Source of the DNA: Abditibacterium sp.
GTDB lineage: Bacteria; Armatimonadota; Abditibacteriia; Abditibacteriales; Abditibacteriaceae
Length of the DNA stretch: 64,000 nt
Direction: 5' to 3'
NCBI GenBank assembly: GCA_965246885.1
Contig: OZ251992.1
Span: 1,056,001-1,120,000, forward strand
Shown here piece after piece: positions 57,482-64,000 of this stretch. Every line of letters begins with the position of its first letter. The first letter of the stretch is position 1. Below the pieces are notes generated by a model. That model saw nothing but the letters and a program-made list of their open reading frames with translations, was not told the origin of the DNA and did not search any database. The position numbers and the translations under genes are program-made.

Positions 57482-58030
57482 ATGAACCCAACTGATTTAG
57501 TGGAAGCTCTCTTGTTCGCGTCGGAGAAACCGGTTCCACTCGCCAAATTAGCCGCCGCCGCGATGCTATCGCCCGAAGAAGTGGCTGTGGCGTTGCAAGG
57601 GTTGGAGCGCGAGAAGGAGTTAGTGGGCGCGCTACGGGTGGTCGAGGTGGCGGGCGGGTGGACGCTGGCGACAAAGCCGGGATTTGCAAGTGCGATTCGG
57701 CGACTGCGCGATGAAAAGCGGCCCAAACTGTCGCGGGCGGCCTTTGAAACGCTTGCGGTGGTGGCGTATCGGCAACCCGCGACGCGCGGCGACATCGAGC
57801 AGTTGCGCGGAGTGGAATCGGGCGCGACGCTGAACCTCTTGCTCGAACGAAAATTGGTGGCGCCCGCCGGTCGGCGCGACTCGCCCGGTCGTCCGTTTCT
57901 GTTCAAGACGACGCCGCAGTTCTTGGAAGCGTTCGGACTCAACTCGCTGGAAGATTTGCCCGCCTTGGAAGAGTTCGCGCTCATGGGCGAGGCCGCGCCA
58001 GCGACGCTCAACTTGTTCGGCGGGACGTAG
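57482..58030 (+). CDS. scpB: Segregation and condensation protein B
   Basis: 'EALLFAS', 'LSRAAFETLAVVAYRQP-TR-DIEQLRGV', 'GRP...TT..FL..FGL..L.DLP'. Confidence 0.93.
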   Translation: MNPTDLVEALLFASEKPVPLAKLAAAAMLSPEEVAVALQGLEREKELVGALRVVEVAGGWTLATKPGFASAIRRLRDEKRPKLSRAAFETLAVVAYRQPATRGDIEQLRGVESGATLNLLLERKLVAPAGRRDSPGRPFLFKTTPQFLEAFGLNSLEDLPALEEFALMGEAAPATLNLFGGT

Positions 58031-58158
58031 TTCTTCGCGCGGCGGACGTCCGCCGCGCAATGGCAGAGGTAATTCTTCGGGTGGCGCGGGCGCGTGGGCG
58101 AGGGGCGCGGGCGCGTGGGTCGCCCACAGACGCCGGTGATTCGCTCACACTCGTCGTT

Positions 58159-59043
58159 GTGCCGCCGTTTTGCCCCTTTATCCGCGACGCCGACTTCGCG
58201 GCGCGCGCGCCTTGGGTCGTGGCCGAGCGGAGGTTGCTCGATTACCTGCTGGTTTGCGTGCAAGAGGGCGAGTGCGTTTTCACCCTCGACGGCGCCGCAA
58301 TGCGCCCCCTCGTCGGGCAGTTCTGCCTCGTGCGGCCCGGCCAGCGCGTCCACTTGCGCGGGCGCACGCACACCGTCACGCCCTACGCGCACTTCGACGC
58401 CACCTACAACGCGCGGCGCGGCGACTCCTTCGCCACGCGGCCCGGGCAACTCGACTTGGATGCCTATGGCGCTCTGTTGCAGCCGCCCTTGCCGCTTTTG
58501 GTGCCCTTGCCCTCCGTCTTTTTCCCACCCGACGGCGACGCGGCGCGCGCGCGGTGGCGCGCGCTCATCGAACGCTGGAACGGCGGGAATGAACTCTCGC
58601 GCTTTGAGGCCAACGCCGCGCTGGGCGTGCTCTTGCTCGAATGGGCGCGCCATTTCGCCGAATTAGAGGGGCGCGTCCAACCCGCCTCGAAGCCGTTGGG
58701 CTGGGTCGAGTCCTACTTGGGCGCGCATTTGGGGGAAGCTGTGGCGGTCGAGGTGATGGCCCGCCGCGCGCGCTTGTCCATCGCGCGCTTTCACGTCGTT
58801 TTTAAGCGAGAGTTCGGCACCACGCCCGCGCGCTACTTGACCGCGCTGCGTGTGCGGCACGCGGGGGAACTTCTGCAAACCACCGACTGGACGCTCGCCC
58901 ACATTGCCCACTTGTGCGGCTTCGCCGACGTGCACTCCTTCGCCAAAGCCTTTAAACGCGTGCACGGATGCACACCGGGCGAGTTCCGGCACGGAGTGCA
59001 AGCGACTGAAGTCGCAGCCAGCAGAAACGTCAACCTTCGTTGA
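58159..59043 (+). CDS. AraC family transcriptional regulator (start uncertain)
   Basis: 'ERRLLDYLLV', double HTH 'IAHLCGFADVHSFAKAFKR..G.TPGEFR'; C-terminus reads into a REP. Confidence 0.85.
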   Translation: MPPFCPFIRDADFAARAPWVVAERRLLDYLLVCVQEGECVFTLDGAAMRPLVGQFCLVRPGQRVHLRGRTHTVTPYAHFDATYNARRGDSFATRPGQLDLDAYGALLQPPLPLLVPLPSVFFPPDGDAARARWRALIERWNGGNELSRFEANAALGVLLLEWARHFAELEGRVQPASKPLGWVESYLGAHLGEAVAVEVMARRARLSIARFHVVFKREFGTTPARYLTALRVRHAGELLQTTDWTLAHIAHLCGFADVHSFAKAFKRVHGCTPGEFRHGVQATEVAASRNVNLR

Positions 59044-59099
59044 CGACATACCGTCGGCGAAGGCCGACAACCTCGCTGGCTGCGACTTCAGTCGCTTGC
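58998..59099. repeat. REP-like element, GCGACTGAAGTCGC family
   Basis: GCAAGCGACTGAAGTCGCAGCCAGC...GCTGGCTGCGACTTCAGTCGCTTGC. Confidence 0.9.
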
Positions 59100-59120
59100 C
59101 CATTTGTCAAACTCTTCCCA

Positions 59121-59522
59121 ATGCACACGCTTCGGTTGACAACGCACGAGCCGTGCGAGATGGTCAACATCACCACGCAAGTCCAAAATCTGGTCGCGCA
59201 AAGCGGCGTCAAGCGCGGCTTGTGCCTCATCTGCGCGCCGCACACCACCGCCGGAATTGCCGTTCAAGAGGGGTTCGACCCCGATGTCGTGCGCGACACG
59301 CTCAAAACGTTGGAGCGCCTCGCGCCCAAAACCGGCGACTATCGGCACGCCGAAGGGAACTCGGACGCGCACATCAAGGCGCTGATGACGGGAAGCAGTC
59401 AAACTCTGCCGGTCGAATACGGCAAATTGCAGTTAGGGCGCTGGCAGGCCGTGTTCTTTTGCGAATACGACGGCCCGCGCGAACGGAGCGTCTGGGTGCA
59501 AATCTTGGAAAGCTCCTCGTAG
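59121..59522 (+). CDS. yjbQ: YjbQ / UPF0047 family protein
   Basis: 'HTTAGI', 'DPDV..D', 'YRHAEGNSDAHIKA', 'LGRWQ....EYDGPR-R'. Confidence 0.9.
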   Translation: MHTLRLTTHEPCEMVNITTQVQNLVAQSGVKRGLCLICAPHTTAGIAVQEGFDPDVVRDTLKTLERLAPKTGDYRHAEGNSDAHIKALMTGSSQTLPVEYGKLQLGRWQAVFFCEYDGPRERSVWVQILESSS

Positions 59523-59534
59523 GAGGTGAACATT

Positions 59535-59642
59535 ATGTCTTTAGAACGCCAAAAGGAAATCAAGCGCCGCCGCAAGCGCCGCGAAGAGCGCGAGCGCGAA
59601 GCGAAAAAGACCGCGATTGCGGCCTCGGCAGCGAAGAAATAA
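59535..59642 (+). CDS. 35-aa basic small protein (absent from the ORF track)
   Basis: Strong SD AGGAGGTG; MSLERQKEIKRRRKRREEREREAKKTAIAASAAKK. Confidence 0.7.
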   Translation: MSLERQKEIKRRRKRREEREREAKKTAIAASAAKK

Positions 59643-59741
59643 AGGAGCGCGCGCTTCGGGATGGTCGTCGCGTCTTAGGACGCGACGACGACACCTGCTG
59701 GCTCCCCTTTTCGCCATATGCGCTAAAACTCTCCTTTACGC

Positions 59742-60425
59742 ATGATTAACGTCGCTTTGGCTTCGGCAGACCGCAAATACGCGCGCGAGTTGCGCTTGCA
59801 ACTCGTCGGCTGGGGTTATCGCCCTTGGATGGCCGACCCCGAAGAACCTTTCGTCGAGCAAATCCAAGATAGGGGCGCCGACCTCATCATCCTCGACTTC
59901 ACCTCCAGCACCACCGACCCCACCTCCGCCGTGCGGATGCTCAAAAACGACCGCGAACTCAAGCACATCCCCGTCGTGGCCTTGGTGGACGCGCGCGACA
60001 CGGTCAACCTCGACTTTTCCATCGGCCTCGAAGACTTCCTCGTGCGCACCGATAGTTTCGAGGAACTCAATACCCGCATCCGCTTCGTCATGTGGCGATT
60101 GTCCAAGGTGGACTCTAAAGACACCATCAAGGCAGGCAGTTTACTGATGAACCTTGCCAGTTACTCGGTCTCCATCCGGGGCGAACTGTTGGAGCTTACC
60201 TACAAAGAGTTCGAGTTACTGCGTTTTCTGCTCACCCACCGGGGCCGCGTCTTTTCGCGCGACGCCCTGCTACGCCACGTCTGGGGCGAGGAGTATTTAG
60301 GCGGCACCCGCACGGTGGATGTCCACATCCGCCGACTGCGCGCCAAAATCGGCCCGCAATTCGACGAACTCATCCAAACCGTGCGCAACGTGGGGTATAA
60401 GATGATCGAAGAGAATAAGGCGTGA
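59742..60425 (+). CDS. OmpR-family response regulator, GlnR-like orphan
   Basis: wHTH 'LTYKEFELL...RTVDVHIRRLRAK...IQTVRNVGY'; degenerate receiver domain. Confidence 0.88.
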   Translation: MINVALASADRKYARELRLQLVGWGYRPWMADPEEPFVEQIQDRGADLIILDFTSSTTDPTSAVRMLKNDRELKHIPVVALVDARDTVNLDFSIGLEDFLVRTDSFEELNTRIRFVMWRLSKVDSKDTIKAGSLLMNLASYSVSIRGELLELTYKEFELLRFLLTHRGRVFSRDALLRHVWGEEYLGGTRTVDVHIRRLRAKIGPQFDELIQTVRNVGYKMIEENKA

Positions 60426-60468
60426 AACGGCGCCACCTTCTCCCTTTGAGTATGTCACATGGGTCACG

Positions 60469-61104
60469 ATGAAACTCCGCTTCCTGCCCGCGATAGCCGT
60501 TGGTGTCTGCACATTAGGATGGACAGCGTGGGCACAGAAAAAGCCCGCGACGCTCCCCGGAATTGCGGGCTACACCACGTGGCGCGAAGTGACCCAGAAG
60601 CCCGTCGAGATGGCGCCCGTTGTGGCTATTGCGTGCGCGCCCGGAGGCCCGTTGCCCACGCAAGCGCCGCCTCCGCCGACCGTGAGGGGCACGCAGGGGC
60701 CACACGCGAAGAAATACATCCGCGTCTTCGTCAACAGCATCGGCGAAGCGGCGATGACCACCCAGAAAGAGCCGCGCTTTCCCGTTGGCAGCGTCATCGT
60801 CAAGCAAAAACTGCCGCTCATAAAAAGCAAGGGGAAGACCCAACGGATTAGCCTCAGCCCCGAACTGCTGACGGTAATGATCAAACGCGCGCCGGGTTAC
60901 GACAAAGCTAATGGCGACTGGGAATACATGGCAACCGACGGCCCCGGCCAGCACGCGAGCCAGCGCGGACAAGTCGAGTCGTGCCAGAATTGCCACCGCC
61001 CCTTCGAGAAGACCGATTACGTCGTGCGCTCCTATTTGCCCAAAGAAGTCCTCGCAGCCTTGAAAGACACCGACGCCGCTACCCCCACGCCAACTGAGCC
61101 GTAA
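60469..61104 (+). CDS. Cytochrome P460 family protein
   Basis: Signal peptide, 'FPVGSVIVK', 'VMIK...GDWEY', C-terminal CQNCH. Confidence 0.8.
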   Translation: MKLRFLPAIAVGVCTLGWTAWAQKKPATLPGIAGYTTWREVTQKPVEMAPVVAIACAPGGPLPTQAPPPPTVRGTQGPHAKKYIRVFVNSIGEAAMTTQKEPRFPVGSVIVKQKLPLIKSKGKTQRISLSPELLTVMIKRAPGYDKANGDWEYMATDGPGQHASQRGQVESCQNCHRPFEKTDYVVRSYLPKEVLAALKDTDAATPTPTEP

Positions 61105-61179
61105 AGGGCGGACGAATACGCGATTCGCTAAGCAGAGACAGAAGAGGACGCGAAAGCAAACTAAATCTCCAAGGAAGAA

Positions 61180-61608
61180 ATGAACGACATCCACACTGAA
61201 ATCCTCGTCTCCGAGCCAGCCTTGGCTTATGCCCGTTTGCCGTATCGCATCGAATTAATACCCGACGAGAGTGGCGGCGAGCCATGTGTTGTGGCGCGTC
61301 ACCCAGAGTTCGCCGGTTGCATGGCGTTTGGCGCGACTCCCGAAGAGGCTATCAACGAACTAAACGAAGTGCGTGCTGAGTTCATTCAAGTTTTGCTCGA
61401 CGCGGGCGCGCCTATTCCTTTGCCGCTTCCGCATGTGCTTGTCAGTTCCAGTACACAGGGTATGAGTTCAATTAGCATCCACTTTCTCGGCCCCAATGCC
61501 TCCGCTTTGCGCGAGCCTGCCGCTGCTCGCAACGATCTTTTTCCGTCGAGGCGCGTGCTGCGCCCGTTCTCTTACCAAGAGGGTTCTGGCGTGTTGTGCG
61601 GCGCCTAA
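61180..61608 (+). CDS. HicB-family antitoxin-like protein (orphan)
   Basis: 'HPEFAGCMAFGATPEEA...G.PIPLP'. Confidence 0.75.
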   Translation: MNDIHTEILVSEPALAYARLPYRIELIPDESGGEPCVVARHPEFAGCMAFGATPEEAINELNEVRAEFIQVLLDAGAPIPLPLPHVLVSSSTQGMSSISIHFLGPNASALREPAAARNDLFPSRRVLRPFSYQEGSGVLCGA

Positions 61609-61623
61609 AAGTGGGTTTTCCAC

Positions 61624-63528
61624 TCACCCCACCCGCGTGAGCAGTTCCAGCAGTTCTTGCATTTTCTCGGCGAGGGGGCGGGTCATGCCTTGGACGGAGG
61701 TGAGTTCGTCCACACTCGCGGCGCGGATTTTTTGCAGGGAGCCGAAGTGGGTGAGGAGGGCGTTGCGGCGGGTGTCGCCAATGCCGGGGATGTCGTCGAG
61801 GAGGGATTTGGTGGCGTCTTTGCCGCGCCGTTTGCGGTGGTGGGTGATGGCGAAGCGGTGCGCTTCGTCGCGGATGCGTTGGAGCAAATGGAGGGCGGGC
61901 GCGTTGCGGGGCAGGGCGATGGGTTCGGATTGGCCGGGAACGAAAAGAAGCTCGAACTGTTTGGCGAGGCCCGCGACGGGGATGTCTTGCAGGTTCTTCT
62001 CTTGGAGAACGGAGTAGGCGACGGACAACTGGCCTTTGCCGCCATCTATGAGGAGCAAGTCGGGCAGGGGCAGGAACTTCTCGTCGCCCGCGAGGGCGCG
62101 GTCGAAGCGGCGGCGCAGCACCTCGCGCATCATCTCGAAGTCGTTCGGCTCGGTTCCGCCGGTGATTGCGAGGGCGTGCTTGATGGTGAAGTGGCGGTAG
62201 GCCTTTTTGTCGGTCTTGCCCCCGGTTGCGACGACCATCGAGCCGACGCTGTTGGAGCCTTGGATGGTGGAAATGTCGAAACACTCGATGCGGTTGGGAA
62301 GAGTGTCGAGGCCCAGTTGCTTTTGCAGGTCGCTAAGCAGCGATTCGTTGACCTGTGCGGCGGTAGCGTTGTAAGCGAGGTGCGACTTGAGGGCTTCGCG
62401 CGCGTTGGTGGTGGCGAGTTCGACGACGCGCACCTTGTCGCCGCGCTGAGGCTGTTTGACTTCGATCTTGCGCCCCGCTTTATCGGACAGCCACTCGCCG
62501 ATGGCGTCGGCGTCTTCTAAATCGGCGGGCGTGAGGACTTCGCGCGGCACGCCGACCGGCCCCTCGTAATGCTGGCGCACGAAGACGGACACCACTTCAG
62601 CGTCGCTGGCGCCTTCGATGTTCTGAAGGAAGAAGTGCTGGTCGCCGATGAGCTTGCCGTTGCGCACGACAAGCACGGCGACCGATGCGATGCCCGCTTC
62701 GATGCGCAGACCGACGGCGTCATATTCGTCGCTTTGGTTGGAAACGACCTGCTGCTTTTCGAGGACGGCGCGCACCGCTTCGATTTGGTCGCGCAGTTTG
62801 GCGGCGCGCTCGAACTCCATCGCTTCGGCGGCCTGCCCCATGCCCGCTTCCAACTCGCGGAGCACCTCGCCGCCTTTGCCTTCGAGGAAGTTCTTCAGTT
62901 CGCGGGCTTGGGCGCGGTATTGCTCTGGTTCGACAAACGCCACGCACGGCGCGGTGCAACGGTCTATGTGGTATTCGAGGCACGGCTTGTCGAGGAGTTG
63001 TTTCGTGTCGCGCCAAGGACAGCCGCCCCAACGTTTGTCGCCCATGAGCGCACCCGTTCTCACCTTGAATACGCGCTTGGCGAGCGCGACCGTTTGGCGC
63101 ATCTTGCCAGAGTTGGCGTAGGGGCCGAAGTAAATCGCCTTGTCGTTTTTGGGCGTGCGCACTTCGAGCAGCGCCGGGAACTCGTCGGAAAGCGTGATTT
63201 TGAGGTAGGGATACCGCTTGTCGTCCTTGAGCCGGATGTTGAGCGGCGGCTTATGCATCTTGACGAGGTTATTTTCCAGAATCAGCGCGTCCTTTTCCGA
63301 CCGCGTGACGATGGTCTCGACATCCACCGACAGCTTGGCGATCTTGCGCGTGAGCGGCGAGTGCCCGCCATCCTTGCCGAAGTAAGAGCGCACCCGCGAG
63401 CGCAAATTGCGCGCTTTGCCGATGTACAGCACCTTGCCAGCCGCGTCCTTATGGATATACACGCCGGGGGTTTCGGGCAAGTTTGCCAAACGCTCTTCGA
63501 GGGAAACGGCGGGGTTTTCGGTGGACAT
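61624..63528 (-). CDS. uvrC: Excinuclease ABC subunit C
   Basis: GIY-YIG 'PGVY...LYIGKA', UVR motif, 'IECFDIS', 'IDGGKGQL', 'IRDEAHRFA', HhH. Confidence 0.96.
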   Translation of the reverse strand: MSTENPAVSLEERLANLPETPGVYIHKDAAGKVLYIGKARNLRSRVRSYFGKDGGHSPLTRKIAKLSVDVETIVTRSEKDALILENNLVKMHKPPLNIRLKDDKRYPYLKITLSDEFPALLEVRTPKNDKAIYFGPYANSGKMRQTVALAKRVFKVRTGALMGDKRWGGCPWRDTKQLLDKPCLEYHIDRCTAPCVAFVEPEQYRAQARELKNFLEGKGGEVLRELEAGMGQAAEAMEFERAAKLRDQIEAVRAVLEKQQVVSNQSDEYDAVGLRIEAGIASVAVLVVRNGKLIGDQHFFLQNIEGASDAEVVSVFVRQHYEGPVGVPREVLTPADLEDADAIGEWLSDKAGRKIEVKQPQRGDKVRVVELATTNAREALKSHLAYNATAAQVNESLLSDLQKQLGLDTLPNRIECFDISTIQGSNSVGSMVVATGGKTDKKAYRHFTIKHALAITGGTEPNDFEMMREVLRRRFDRALAGDEKFLPLPDLLLIDGGKGQLSVAYSVLQEKNLQDIPVAGLAKQFELLFVPGQSEPIALPRNAPALHLLQRIRDEAHRFAITHHRKRRGKDATKSLLDDIPGIGDTRRNALLTHFGSLQKIRAASVDELTSVQGMTRPLAEKMQELLELLTRVG

Positions 63529-63741
63529 TAAAGCCAAGGGACGAACGGGCGCGCGCGAGTTTCCCTTCCCTGCATAGTGCTTCCGCCCGACTCCCGAAAC
63601 TTTGCCAGAAACAGCGCGTTGGCTTTATAAAGCCAATGGGGTGCGAGTGTGGATGAAATCCCAGAGTGGCGAGCGAAACCATCGCGTAAGCTTTTTCATC
63701 GGAATAAGCGCCCGTTCAATGGGCCTTTTCAGGAAACCACT

Positions 63742-64000
63742 ATGAAAACCACCAAATTGCTCGTTATGCTCGCCCTCGGTTTGGGCACTCTGTCCGTTGT
63801 GAAGGCGCCCGTCTTCGCTAAAGGCCACCACACGCACGTCGCCAAAAACCCGCTCGGCTTGTCGGCGGATCAAAAGAGCGGCATTGCGCCCATCCGCAAA
63901 GATGCCAAAACGCAAATCAAGGCGCTCAAGGCCGACAAGTCGCTTTCCAAAGCCGACCGCAAAGCCAAAATCAAGGCCATCAAAGCCGACCGCGACGCCA
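63742..64000 (+). CDS. Secreted Lys-rich helical protein (Spy/CpxP/LTXXQ-like), 3'-truncated by the window edge
   Basis: SD AGGA; MKTTKLLVMLALGLGTLSVVKAPVFA...LGLSADQK. Confidence 0.65.
   Translation, partial: MKTTKLLVMLALGLGTLSVVKAPVFAKGHHTHVAKNPLGLSADQKSGIAPIRKDAKTQIKALKADKSLSKADRKAKIKAIKADRDA

Overview
High-GC (about 60-65% in sampled lines) bacterial chromosome segment. The gene content and style suggest Armatimonadota/Abditibacteriota, which is an inference only. The housekeeping backbone includes a tamB-like gene, pheA, accD/accA, pgeF, prfB with a programmed +1 frameshift, bioD, rpoZ, tRNA(CAT), ftsK, folD, clpC, scpA/scpB and uvrC. It is interspersed with several palindromic REP-like repeat families, a 21-bp heptad repeat family, toxin-antitoxin remnants and two lower-GC accessory blocks on either side of clpC. 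The most notable observations are: (1) a lower-GC gene fusing an intact acyl carrier protein domain (GADSLD, Ser36) to an HNH endonuclease, with a co-oriented partner gene, a candidate undescribed defence system; (2) a secreted-protein gene broken by a 33-bp insert between two exact 30-bp direct repeats, the geometry of an off-target CRISPR spacer integration, inside a 1.8-kb block that is itself flanked by 40-bp direct repeats; (3) a repeated uncharacterised two-gene coiled-coil module and a stand-alone MuF-like protein under an operator-overlapped promoter. No cas genes, integrase or transposase were recognised. All family calls come from motif recognition by eye, not database searches.
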